This document shows, one piece after another, positions 1 to 9,341 of a DNA stretch of 35,097 nt. The notes beneath the pieces are model-generated. The model was not told the origin of the DNA. It saw only the letters and a program-made list of their open reading frames with translations, and searched no databases. The DNA lies in contig CAVKYA010000001.1 of assembly GCA_963660255.1 (NCBI GenBank), positions 1 to 35,097 on the forward strand, read 5' to 3'. A program made the translations under genes and the position numbers. The DNA is from Bacteroidaceae bacterium (GTDB lineage: Bacteria; Bacteroidota; Bacteroidia; Bacteroidales; UBA932). Every line of letters starts with the position of its first letter. The stretch's first letter is position 1.

Positions 1-1
1 C

Positions 2-391
2 ATCAAGACATTCAAGATCAATGGTCTCGGTACTGGTAAACCGTCCTTTGAACTGGTCAGGAGCGTGAAGGCTCCACAAGGTGGAATCCACGACATCAAC
101 CGTGTGGATGACAACACCATCACTGTCGCCGGTAACAAGGCCTATCTGTTCAATGTCGATACCGAACAATTTACCGAAATGCCATTGTTCTCCGCCTCCA
201 CAGCCATTAAGTCACTCAACTACAACGCTGAAAGTGGTGAGGTGTGGTACACTGACGCGACTGTTCCGGAAGGAAGCACGGACTATACCACACACAAGAT
301 ATGCTACAGTGGAAACATTGGTTCCTCAGCTCCGGACAGGATCATCAATGTTGACATCGACATGTACAAGGTACGTGTCAGAAAGTGGTAA
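2..391 (+). CDS. Partial CDS (5' end outside window), probable DUF6528-like beta-propeller protein
   Basis: The frame is open from base 2 (IKTFKINGLGTGKPSF...) into the 65..391 ORF. GIHD, IKS and the C-terminal MYKVRVRKW resemble the HDL...KS...YKARW pattern I recall for DUF6528 proteins. Confidence 0.5.
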   Translation: MKTFKINGLGTGKPSFELVRSVKAPQGGIHDINRVDDNTITVAGNKAYLFNVDTEQFTEMPLFSASTAIKSLNYNAESGEVWYTDATVPEGSTDYTTHKICYSGNIGSSAPDRIINVDIDMYKVRVRKW

Positions 392-399
392 ATAATCGT

Positions 400-407
400 T
401 ATATTTG
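400..407 (+). promoter_or_regulatory. Bacteroidetes sigma-A -7 element (TATATTTG) for the ECF sigma gene
   Basis: Exact TAnnTTTG match 9 nt upstream of ATG 417. Confidence 0.5.
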
Positions 408-416
408 TCAGGTGAA

Positions 417-944
417 ATGCTTAATGAAGACAAGCAGTTACTTGAGCAGATAGCAGGTGGGGATGTCAAGGCTCTTGGCATCCTCTATGTTCTGTATGCC
501 GGACGCATCCGCAATTTCGCGTTCAGTATGCTGCAGAACTCCTCCGAGGCCGAGGACATCACGCAGGATCTGTTCCTGAAGATCTGGAACTCCCGTGAGG
601 CCCTCCGCGAGGTGGATTCGCTCAAGTCCTACCTGTTCAGTATGGCGCACAACGCCGTCCTGAATTTCATCAAGCGCAAGGGAGTGCGTGACCGGTACCG
701 GAAGGTGTCGGCAAGTGTGGGGACCGAACATTACGAGCCGTCCTATCAGGTTGACACGATGGAACTGCTCCGAGGCATAGATGAGGCGATAGATGGAATG
801 TCGGTCCTGAGAAAGACGATCTTCAGGATGAACCGCTACGAGCACAAGACTTACCAAGAGATCGCCGACGCGCTGATGATAAGTCCCAAGACGGTGCAGT
901 ATCACATCTCCTGCGCCCTCGCTGAACTAAGGAAACTTCTTTAG
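417..944 (+). CDS. ECF-type RNA polymerase sigma-70 factor
   Basis: Region 2 (EAEDITQDLFLKIW...SLKSYLFSMAHN) and region 4 HTH (KTYQEIADALMISPKTVQYHIS). ATG 417 is preferred over TTG 405, which lies inside the promoter motif. Confidence 0.93.
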   Translation: MLNEDKQLLEQIAGGDVKALGILYVLYAGRIRNFAFSMLQNSSEAEDITQDLFLKIWNSREALREVDSLKSYLFSMAHNAVLNFIKRKGVRDRYRKVSASVGTEHYEPSYQVDTMELLRGIDEAIDGMSVLRKTIFRMNRYEHKTYQEIADALMISPKTVQYHISCALAELRKLL

Positions 945-983
945 GCATTGACTGACAAAAATATTTAAAAATTTTATGAATAT

Positions 984-1928
984 ATGAAAGCAAGAATTTT
1001 GTACCTGTTTGCCGCCGCGGCGGTGTGCCTTTGCTCCTGCGGCACGGCCAAGAAGAATGTGGTCGATGTGACCAAGTACCCTAACCGGGCTGAGATGATC
1101 GTCGCGCAGATGCACGACCCGGCTTCAAAGTATGTTGTCGTGGCCTGCCACAGAGGCGACTGGCGCAACTATCCGGAGAACTCCATCCCGGCCATCGAGT
1201 CCATCATCAGGATGGGAGTCGATATTATGGAACTTGACCTCAAGCTTACCAAGGACAGCGTGCTGGTGCTCTCGCACGACAAGACCATCGACCGCTGCAC
1301 CACAGGCAAAGGTCTCGTAAGCGACTACACTCTTGATGAGTTGAAGCAGTTCCGCCTCAAGCGCGCTCACGGCGTTGCCACCGACTCCCTGCACATCTGC
1401 ACCCTCCGCGAGGCTCTGGAGTGCTGCAAGGACCGCATCTGCGTGAACGTGGATCAGGGCTATGAATATTACGACTTGGTTCTCGCCCTCACCGAGGAAC
1501 TCGGAGTCACCGACCAGATTCTGATCAAGGGTAAGAAGCCAGTCGCCGAGGTCGCTGAGAAGATGGCCGCCCACGAGCATAATATGATGTATATGCCGAT
1601 CATCGACATCCAGAAAGAGGCCGGAAAGGCTCTTTTCAATGAATATATGGAGACGGGCACCGTGCCTCTCGCCTACGAGGTTTGCTGGAAAAAGATGACT
1701 CCTGAGGTTGAGGACTGCTTCAAGAAGATCATCGACTCCGGCTCGAAACTCTGGGTCAACACCATCTGGGGAAGCCTCTGCGGCTACCTTGACGACGACA
1801 AGGCCCTTGACTGCGGTGACCCGGCCCTCATCTACGACCAGGTGATCGCCTTCGGCACCTCGCTCATCCAGACCGACCGTCCTGAGCAGTTGCTCACATA
1901 CCTTCGCAGCAAGGGATTGCACGATTAG
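984..1928 (+). CDS. Glycerophosphodiester phosphodiesterase (GDPD) family lipoprotein
   Basis: Motifs CHRGDWRNYPENS, ELDLKLTKD, SHDKTIDR and IQTDRP; lipobox LCSC. Confidence 0.93.
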   Translation: MKARILYLFAAAAVCLCSCGTAKKNVVDVTKYPNRAEMIVAQMHDPASKYVVVACHRGDWRNYPENSIPAIESIIRMGVDIMELDLKLTKDSVLVLSHDKTIDRCTTGKGLVSDYTLDELKQFRLKRAHGVATDSLHICTLREALECCKDRICVNVDQGYEYYDLVLALTEELGVTDQILIKGKKPVAEVAEKMAAHEHNMMYMPIIDIQKEAGKALFNEYMETGTVPLAYEVCWKKMTPEVEDCFKKIIDSGSKLWVNTIWGSLCGYLDDDKALDCGDPALIYDQVIAFGTSLIQTDRPEQLLTYLRSKGLHD

Positions 1929-1953
1929 GGAGCCGTCATAATATTCATAGATA

Positions 1954-3375
1954 ATGGCTTCATTTCTTGATTTCTTCAGAATAAGCTCTCCGTCCGCCGT
2001 AAAGGTGGCTCCGGAGAACACCGACAAGGTCTGGAAGCGCTCCCGCTTCCAGTCCTTCATCGCCATCACGTTCGGCTACGCGCTCTACTATGTGTGCCGT
2101 ATGTCGATGGGCGTGATGAAACAGCCGCTGATCGACGCCGGACTGCTCAACGCAACGCAGCTCGGTATCATCGGTGCCTGCCTTTACTGGACCTACGCCG
2201 TGGGCAAGTTCGTCAACGGATTCCTGGCCGACGGCTCGAACGTCAAAAGGTTTATGGCCACGGGGTTGGTCCTGTCAGCCGCCGCGAACCTTATAATGGG
2301 AGTGCTTGGTGCCACAGCCGTGAGCGCGGGCATTAGCAGTTCCGTCATATTCATAGTATTCGCGATAATGTGGGGCATCAACGGTTGGGCGCAGTCAATG
2401 GGATCCCCGCCTTCAATCGTCACCTTGTCCCGTTGGTTCCCGCTGCGGATACGTGGCACGTACTATGGCTTTTTCAGCGCCTCGCACAACATCGGCGAGG
2501 GACTCTCGTTCATATTCGTAGGCTCCATTGTCGCCGCCTTCGGTTGGAAGTGGGGCTTCTTCGGAGCGGCGTGCGCCGGCCTTCTGGGAGTTCTTCTGAT
2601 TCTTTTCTGGCTTCACGACACTCCTGAGAGCAAGGGGCTTCCGTCCATCGAGGAACTTTCTGGTGAGGAGACCAAGAAGCCGGCCACTGAAGAGTCCGCT
2701 GTGTCTGCCGAGGCCAGGGCCGCAGAGACCAGAAAGATCCAGAAGGCGGTTCTCCGCAATTCCGGAGTGTGGATTCTGGCCCTTTCCAGCGCCTTTATGT
2801 ATATGAGCCGCTATGCCATCAACGAATGGGGCACGATCTTCCTTCAGGAGACTTATGAATATGACCTCAAAGCCGCCGCCGCGATCATCGGCATCAACCC
2901 GATCTTCGGAGTGTTGGGAACGGTATTCTCCGGCTGGCTGTCCGACAAGGTGTTCAAAGGCGACAGGAAATATCCGGCCTTCACCGCCGGTGTCCTTGAG
3001 GCCATATCCCTCTACCTGTTCCTGTTCGGAGGCGGAAGCCACTTCACGCTGATTCTTTCGATGGTTCTGTTCGGAATAGCCATCGGTGTGCTGATCAGCT
3101 TCCTTGGCGGTCTGATGGCCATTGATCTTGTTCCGAGAAAAGCCGCCGGAGCCGCCCTCGGCATCGTCGGGGTAGCGTCCTACGCTGCCGCCGGCTTGCA
3201 GAACGTTGTCACCGGCCTTCTTCTGGACAACAACACCGTTGAGGTCGTGAACAAAATAGGAGAGACCGTGACGAAACACGATTTCACCTACGTAAGCTGG
3301 TTCTGGCTCGGCGCCGCCGTCATCTCCTTCCTCCTCCCGATGCTCAACTGGCGTCGCAAGCGGCAGGAGATATAG
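1954..3375 (+). CDS. glpT: MFS transporter, organophosphate:Pi antiporter (GlpT/UhpC-like) family
   Basis: GYALYYVCR, NGWAQSMG, RWFP..RG.YYGFFSASHNIGE, DTPESKGLP and GWLSDK motifs; about 12 hydrophobic segments; adjacent to GDPD. Confidence 0.82.
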   Translation: MASFLDFFRISSPSAVKVAPENTDKVWKRSRFQSFIAITFGYALYYVCRMSMGVMKQPLIDAGLLNATQLGIIGACLYWTYAVGKFVNGFLADGSNVKRFMATGLVLSAAANLIMGVLGATAVSAGISSSVIFIVFAIMWGINGWAQSMGSPPSIVTLSRWFPLRIRGTYYGFFSASHNIGEGLSFIFVGSIVAAFGWKWGFFGAACAGLLGVLLILFWLHDTPESKGLPSIEELSGEETKKPATEESAVSAEARAAETRKIQKAVLRNSGVWILALSSAFMYMSRYAINEWGTIFLQETYEYDLKAAAAIIGINPIFGVLGTVFSGWLSDKVFKGDRKYPAFTAGVLEAISLYLFLFGGGSHFTLILSMVLFGIAIGVLISFLGGLMAIDLVPRKAAGAALGIVGVASYAAAGLQNVVTGLLLDNNTVEVVNKIGETVTKHDFTYVSWFWLGAAVISFLLPMLNWRRKRQEI

Positions 3376-3401
3376 CGGAAACCATATTAGTCAATATTAA
3401 G

Positions 3402-3444
3402 AGAAGAGTGACCAAGATGCGTTTTTTGGTCACTCTTCTTTTTT
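3402..3444 (+). terminator. Intrinsic terminator
   Basis: 14-bp perfect stem AGAAGAGTGACCAA / TTGGTCACTCTTCT followed by a T run. Confidence 0.85.
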
Positions 3445-3877
3445 CAATGAATGTATTTGACATTCTTCACACTAAATTCCGACCAGGTGTCGCATCAAAA
3501 AATCAGCCAACTCCTTTATCTTTGGTCATTGCGAATACTGAAGCGTACCTATCGGGCAACGTTTTCGCCACATAATGATTCCATAGGGTGTCACGTGACA
3601 CTCTTCGGCAGCGAAATCACTCGAAAACGTCGCCGGAAGATCCGCGCCTACCGTGGCGGTGGCATTTCCCTTAGATAATGCTGCCGTCGTAGGTATTTTT
3701 GATATCGACGGGCGCGATATCGCTTCTTTACGCTTTTGTGGTCGTGTACAAAGACGATTCCACATATGTTAAGATTCATATGGTAAGCAGGCCTAAGAAT
3801 ACAAACGAATATTCTTGGATACTGTTCCGATTACGGAAACATATTCTTATCTTGCACGTCTTGACAGAATCTTTGGT

Positions 3878-6268
3878 ATGATGAACAGGATAATATTCAT
3901 AGTTGCATTACTGATAGGCTTGGTTGATTGTGACGCGCGGGTGAGGAATTGGTACGAAATCCGTTTTGACACTCCGACTTCGCTTAGGCTCTCTCCGGCT
4001 TGGAGTGGGGGAGAGGATCCGGAATGGGAATCTAAGTCGCTTCCTCTTGGGAACGGGAGCATCGGGGCTAACGTGTTCGGCTCGATTCAGGCTGAGCGTA
4101 TCACACTCAACGAGAAGAGTCTTTGGCGGGGCGGTCCGGGCACTTCCGGGGGAGCGGAACATTATTGGGATGCCAACAAGGAGTCGGCAAGCGTGCTTCC
4201 TGAAATCCGCCGCGCTTTCGAGTCAGAGGATTATGACAAGGCGGCGGAACTGACCCGAAAGAATTTCAACGGGCTTGTGGCCTACGAAAGTTCGGAGGAA
4301 AAGGAATTCCGCTTCGGCAGTTACACGACCGCCGGGGAACTGAGAGTCTGGACTGGGATTGATTCGGCTTCTGTCTCTGATTATCACCGTGTTCTGTCAC
4401 TCGACGATGCCTTGGCGAAAGTGAGTTTCAACAGCGGAGGTGTGAACTATGTAAGGGAATATTTCATCTCGTATCCGGCGAACGTGATGGTTATGCGGTT
4501 CCGTGCCGACCGTCCCGGGACACAGAATCTCAGGCTGGAATATTCACCAAATCCAACCGCGGACGGTAGCGTCAAGCCAGATGGAAAGGATGGCCTTGTA
4601 TATTCAGGAAGATTGGACAACAATCAGATGGAGTACGCCGTCCGCATAAGGATGTCGGTCAAGGGAGGTTCATTTTCCAATAAGAATGGGGCTCTGGTGA
4701 CATCTGGTGCGGATGAGGTGGTCTTCTATCTGTCCGCCGACACGGATTACAAGATGAATTATGAGCCTGATTTTGACGATCCGAAGGCTTACGTCGGAGT
4801 GAAGCCGTTGGAGACGACCGCTCAATGGATGAGCGCAGCGTTCGCGAAAGGCTACGACACCCTGTTGAGCGAGCATATTTCCGACTATTTCTCCTTGTTC
4901 GGACGGGTGGATTTGTCGCTGAAAGGAGATGCGGTGGATCTGCCAACACCTGAACGCCTTGCACGTTATCGCTCCGGTGCTTCCGATCTGGGACTGGAGG
5001 AACTCTATTACCAGTTTGGCCGCTATCTGCTGATCGCATCCTCCCGCCCCGGCAACCTTCCCGCCAATCTTCAAGGAATATGGCACAACGGCATTGATGG
5101 CCCGTGGCACGTGGACTACCACAACAACATCAACATCCAGATGAACTACTGGCCGTCCTGCTCCGCCAACCTGCCGGAATGCGCCGGGCCGCTTTTTGAA
5201 TATGTCCGCTCGCTTGTGAGGCCGGGGGAGAGGGTGGCCCGTTCGTACTACGGAGCCAGTGGCTGGACCGCCTCGATCTCCGGAAACCCTTTCGGCTTCG
5301 CCTCTCCTTTGAGTTCCGAGGATATGACTTGGAATCTTTGTCCGATGGCCGGACCGTGGCTCGCCACACATCTGTGGGATTACTATGATTTTACCCGAGA
5401 CACGACATTTCTCCGAGACACAGCTTATGAGATCCTCCGCTCAAGCGCCCGTTTCACTGTCGATTACCTTTGGCGTAAGCCGGACGGAACTTACACCGCG
5501 GCTCCGTCCACATCTCCGGAACACGGGCCTGTCGATGAGGGCACCACGTTCTCAAACGCCGTGGCCCGGGAGATTCTGCTGGACGCTGCCGCCGCGGCCG
5601 AGACCATCGGTCTGGATGAAGAGGAACGTTCCGAGTGGCTTTCTGTTGAAAGGGCTTTGCCTCCGTACAAGATAGGCCGTTTCGGTCAGTTGATGGAATG
5701 GTCACGGGACATAGACGATCCGGATGACCATCACAGGCACGTGAATCATCTGTTCGGACTCCATCCGGGACACACTCTGTCTCCATTGACGACTCCGGAG
5801 CTTGCCGAGGCCGCCAGAGTCACCCTGAATCACAGGGGAGACGGCGCCACGGGCTGGAGTATGGGTTGGAAACTGAACCAGTGGGCAAGGCTGTATGACG
5901 GAGACAGGGCCTACAAACTGTTCAGGAACCTTCTTGAGGACGGCACATTGGACAACTTGTGGGACAGCCATCCTCCGTTTCAGATCGACGGCAATTTCGG
6001 CGGCACCGCCGGAGTCACCGAGATGCTGTTGCAGAGTCACTTGGGATTCATCCACCTACTGCCCGCTCTCCCTTCCGTCTGGCCGGATGGCAAGGTCACC
6101 GGCCTTCTTGCCCGAGGCGGCTTCGAGGTCGATCTTGAATGGTCCGAAGGCAGACTGACAAAAGCTGTCATCCATTCACGCGCAGGCTCCAGATGTTCCC
6201 TCCGTTACGGTCAGACCTCCCTGAAATTCGACACAAAACAAGGAATGGCTTACCACATCACGTTCTGA
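3878..6268 (+). CDS. Glycoside hydrolase family 95 (alpha-1,2-L-fucosidase-like), secreted
   Basis: LPLGNG, LNEKSLW, YQFGRYLLIASSRPG.LPANLQGIW, DYHNNINIQMNYW, SPEH, HRHVNHLFGLHPG and PFQIDGNFG motifs. The signal peptide starts at ATG 3878 or 3881; the track start 3815 is a TTG extension. Confidence 0.93.
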   Translation: MMNRIIFIVALLIGLVDCDARVRNWYEIRFDTPTSLRLSPAWSGGEDPEWESKSLPLGNGSIGANVFGSIQAERITLNEKSLWRGGPGTSGGAEHYWDANKESASVLPEIRRAFESEDYDKAAELTRKNFNGLVAYESSEEKEFRFGSYTTAGELRVWTGIDSASVSDYHRVLSLDDALAKVSFNSGGVNYVREYFISYPANVMVMRFRADRPGTQNLRLEYSPNPTADGSVKPDGKDGLVYSGRLDNNQMEYAVRIRMSVKGGSFSNKNGALVTSGADEVVFYLSADTDYKMNYEPDFDDPKAYVGVKPLETTAQWMSAAFAKGYDTLLSEHISDYFSLFGRVDLSLKGDAVDLPTPERLARYRSGASDLGLEELYYQFGRYLLIASSRPGNLPANLQGIWHNGIDGPWHVDYHNNINIQMNYWPSCSANLPECAGPLFEYVRSLVRPGERVARSYYGASGWTASISGNPFGFASPLSSEDMTWNLCPMAGPWLATHLWDYYDFTRDTTFLRDTAYEILRSSARFTVDYLWRKPDGTYTAAPSTSPEHGPVDEGTTFSNAVAREILLDAAAAAETIGLDEEERSEWLSVERALPPYKIGRFGQLMEWSRDIDDPDDHHRHVNHLFGLHPGHTLSPLTTPELAEAARVTLNHRGDGATGWSMGWKLNQWARLYDGDRAYKLFRNLLEDGTLDNLWDSHPPFQIDGNFGGTAGVTEMLLQSHLGFIHLLPALPSVWPDGKVTGLLARGGFEVDLEWSEGRLTKAVIHSRAGSRCSLRYGQTSLKFDTKQGMAYHITF

Positions 6269-6462
6269 ACTGTGAATATATATTTATAATTAGACTTCGT
6301 AGTGAATATTTGATGCACGCGCATTGTTTGCTGAATATTATTTGATATATTTACAATCCCATTTCTGGATATCCTCGTTTCGATGATGAGGCGGCTTCAT
6401 ATTCATAGTGTATTATTGCTGACCGCGGAGCCGGGTCGGTGACGAACTTAATAAATATTCTT

Positions 6463-9321
6463 ATGAACCACTTTCTCGGGAAAAGTATGGGGGTATTGTT
6501 TGCCGTGCTTTCGGCTTGTGCGATCCCCGCGTGCAAGACAGACCTTTCGGATGTCTGGAACTCCATTGACAACATCGATGACCGGTTGTCGCAGGTGGAG
6601 AAGAAAATCGAGGAGATGAACACGAACATTGACGCCTTGGGTAAGATCTGCGACGCGTTGGGTTCCAATGTCTCAGTCTCAAGTGTCACCCCACTTCAGG
6701 ATGCCTCCGGCTACGAAATCGTCTTTTCGGACGGAACCAAGGCCACGATTCACGATGGCTCTGACGGCAAGGACGGGCATTCCCAAACTGTGTCGGTCGC
6801 TTATGACCAGACTACAGGCTGCTATTATTGGACTGTCGATGGGGAGCCACTTCTGGATGCTTCCGGGAACAAGGTGAAGGCCAATGGGATAGATGCTGAG
6901 CTTCCTCGTCTTTCTTCAGGGGCTTCATTGGGAGAGTCTTATGTTCAGGACGCGACTTACATCTCTGTTGACGGTGGAAAGACTTGGATGCGGATTTCCG
7001 GTGAGAACGGGGTCTCGTTCTTTGAGAGTGTCAAGGCTGATGAGGCTTCTTCAAAGGTCACTATGGTCCTGTCCGACGGAACAGTACTTGAGATACCGTT
7101 CGTCAAGGATTTTATGTTCGCCTTTGCCGAGTCTGAGGTCAAGGTAGCCTATGGCGCCGAGGTTGAGGTCCAGGTGACCCGGAAAGGAGTGGTTACTTCC
7201 CAGATTGTGAAGCCTGATGGCTGGAAGGTCTCCTTGAAGGATGACGCTGTGATTGTCAAGGCACCGTCTCTGGCCAATGATTTCGCCGAGACTGAAGGTG
7301 ATGTGGCTGTCATCGCGGTCTCCAAAAGCGGTTTCACAGTCATCTCCAAACTGAAAGTGAGTGTTCTTGAGGCGTCCCTTTCCACTGAGGCCGAGGCCGG
7401 TTTGGGAGAGGTTACCGTTAAATATGTTCCTAACGACGCGGTCTCAACCTATCGGGTGTACGAAAGAGTGTTCACAGCCGAAGAGGCCGCGGCTATAACG
7501 GATGATTCGGCCGAGGAAAAACTGAAGGATGAGAAGTTTTCAGAATATTCCACCGGGCAGAGTGTGACTTTGACCGTTCCGGACACTTTCGCCGTCGGAT
7601 CTGACGCCGTTGTCTTTGCGGTCGCTTATAATCAGAAGAAACAGGCCGGCGCTGTCGTTCGTTGCGCATTCAAGGTGGGCGGTCCTCAGGTAGGAATCAG
7701 TCTTGTGAAAGCGCATTGTACCTCGCTTGAGACACAGACCGAACCTAACGGGTTCACGAACTATTATTTCCAGTGGGTCGGAAAGACTTCTGTGGCGGAG
7801 TCGTTCGATGGAAATGCCGCCGAGGATGTGGCCGGTTTTGTAAAATACCTTTCCGGCAAGCCGGATGGAACGGTCGCGGCCCTTTGGTCCAGGAAGGCTG
7901 AGGAAAGAACCTGGAAGAACCTTGACGCGAGCACGGAATATTCCTTTGTTTGCGTGCCGGTCACGAAGAAGAACAGTGTGATCCCGACAGGGGCGATGAC
8001 AAGATTGGATATGAGGACATTGTCAGAGGACGAGATTCCTCTTCCGGTGGTGACGGCCGAAGTGACAAGCTCCAACTGGCTTTACACGACGGTTAAGTAC
8101 ACGATGAATGACGCGGTGACCAAACTTTACTGCATAGCGATCTCCCAAAAGGAATGGGCTGAGTATCAGGCGGAACATCCTGGCGAGGATCCTAAGGAGA
8201 CCGTGAAGGCAAACGGTAAGCCGTACTCGTACGAGGGTGCGGAGAGGGTTTCGACCTGGGCGACCCAGAAGGAGACTCCTATCTACATTCTGGCTGTTGC
8301 GGAGAACGAGGTCGGAAAATTCTCCGATCTCGTTCAGGTCCCTTACACGACACCTTCCTATGTCAAGGGTAAGGCTACTGTTGACATCGCGGTTTCCGAT
8401 GTCAAAGCGACCACGGCTCATTCCGTCTGCACCCCTTCTTCCGATGCCGCATATTATCTGATGAAACACGCCAATGACACGCAGTGGAGTGTGATCGACC
8501 AGCAGGAGCAGGGTGGAATCTATGAATATGTCTGCCGCAACGGCTACAAACTCAAAGCCACGGATATCTACGATTGGACCGGACTTGTGGTGGATACCGA
8601 TTACACGATTTATTGTGTGGCGGTGGATCAGGACGGCAACTACGGTGAGCTGGCACAGGCGAAATTCCGCACGGAGGAGGAAGAGGGTGAGGACTCTCCT
8701 GAATATAGCCGTTTCATCGGAACGTGGACGATGTCGTACACTGACTACCTGACGGGCAAGACTGGTTCGATGCCGATTCAGATCAGCCGTAAGACCACGG
8801 GTAAATCATTCTATGTGAGTGGGTTGATGACTCCGGATTTTGTAACCCGCTACAGCATAGCAGATGCTTCGATTGTAGCTCCGTTCTTGGACGGCAAGAT
8901 TCTTCTGAACGCGGCGACATCTGTCAAGGATGCGGGAGAGTCGGCAAAGAAGGTTGGCCGAGACTACAAATTCTGCGGTTTCACGAAAGGTTCTGACTTA
9001 GATGAGCCAACGGTGTTCTTCAGACCTATAGCAGGACTTGTCGGCACATATTCTGACGGAAAGATTGAATTCGCTGACAACGGTGCGGTCGGAGGCCCGT
9101 ACGCTCTCCAAGGGTATTGCTGGGTTGCCTTTGATTCGGATGGCAATCCTGTAGGCCGGGCTGACGCTGTGATCCCGGTCAACATCTCTTTCGAGAAATC
9201 AGCTCAGACGGCTTCCGTTGCCGCTAAAAACGGTGCGGAAACGTCCGGCCGCACTATAGTGGACCGGACAAATGGGACTGATCCGGGAAGTCTGACGCTT
9301 TTCGGATTTGGCGTGGAATAA
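6463..9321 (+). CDS. Large surface lipoprotein with N-terminal DUF4988 (PL29-N-like) domain and about four FN3-like repeats
   Basis: Lipobox IPAC, coiled coil, GYEIVFSDG...DGKDG...YYWTVDGEPLLDASGNKVKANG...ISVDGGKTW. Repeated segments such as WKNLDASTEY and WTGLVVDTDYTIYCVAVD. Start is ATG 6463 or 6487. Confidence 0.75.
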   Translation: MNHFLGKSMGVLFAVLSACAIPACKTDLSDVWNSIDNIDDRLSQVEKKIEEMNTNIDALGKICDALGSNVSVSSVTPLQDASGYEIVFSDGTKATIHDGSDGKDGHSQTVSVAYDQTTGCYYWTVDGEPLLDASGNKVKANGIDAELPRLSSGASLGESYVQDATYISVDGGKTWMRISGENGVSFFESVKADEASSKVTMVLSDGTVLEIPFVKDFMFAFAESEVKVAYGAEVEVQVTRKGVVTSQIVKPDGWKVSLKDDAVIVKAPSLANDFAETEGDVAVIAVSKSGFTVISKLKVSVLEASLSTEAEAGLGEVTVKYVPNDAVSTYRVYERVFTAEEAAAITDDSAEEKLKDEKFSEYSTGQSVTLTVPDTFAVGSDAVVFAVAYNQKKQAGAVVRCAFKVGGPQVGISLVKAHCTSLETQTEPNGFTNYYFQWVGKTSVAESFDGNAAEDVAGFVKYLSGKPDGTVAALWSRKAEERTWKNLDASTEYSFVCVPVTKKNSVIPTGAMTRLDMRTLSEDEIPLPVVTAEVTSSNWLYTTVKYTMNDAVTKLYCIAISQKEWAEYQAEHPGEDPKETVKANGKPYSYEGAERVSTWATQKETPIYILAVAENEVGKFSDLVQVPYTTPSYVKGKATVDIAVSDVKATTAHSVCTPSSDAAYYLMKHANDTQWSVIDQQEQGGIYEYVCRNGYKLKATDIYDWTGLVVDTDYTIYCVAVDQDGNYGELAQAKFRTEEEEGEDSPEYSRFIGTWTMSYTDYLTGKTGSMPIQISRKTTGKSFYVSGLMTPDFVTRYSIADASIVAPFLDGKILLNAATSVKDAGESAKKVGRDYKFCGFTKGSDLDEPTVFFRPIAGLVGTYSDGKIEFADNGAVGGPYALQGYCWVAFDSDGNPVGRADAVIPVNISFEKSAQTASVAAKNGAETSGRTIVDRTNGTDPGSLTLFGFGVE

Positions 9322-9341
9322 TCATCCGTCTTTTCGGAATT

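Noticed and set aside
1125..2069. 314-aa antisense ORF over GDPD, and similar long shadows at 2413-3279, 4670-5371, 21563-22483, 29326-30069 and 31508-32107
   Set aside because: They overlap well-supported genes on the opposite strand, have no recognisable motifs, and are expected from codon bias that removes antisense stops.
3451..3881. Short ORFs in the glpT-GH95 gap, including minus-strand fragments reading SDIAPVDIKNTYDGSII and PKIKELADFLMRHL
   Set aside because: They lie in inconsistent frames and match no family I recognise. A decayed gene cannot be excluded without BLASTX, so no CDS or pseudogene is called.
6373..6440. Two small hairpins in the leader of the large lipoprotein
   Set aside because: The stems are only about 6 bp, carry no riboswitch consensus, and are compatible with chance.
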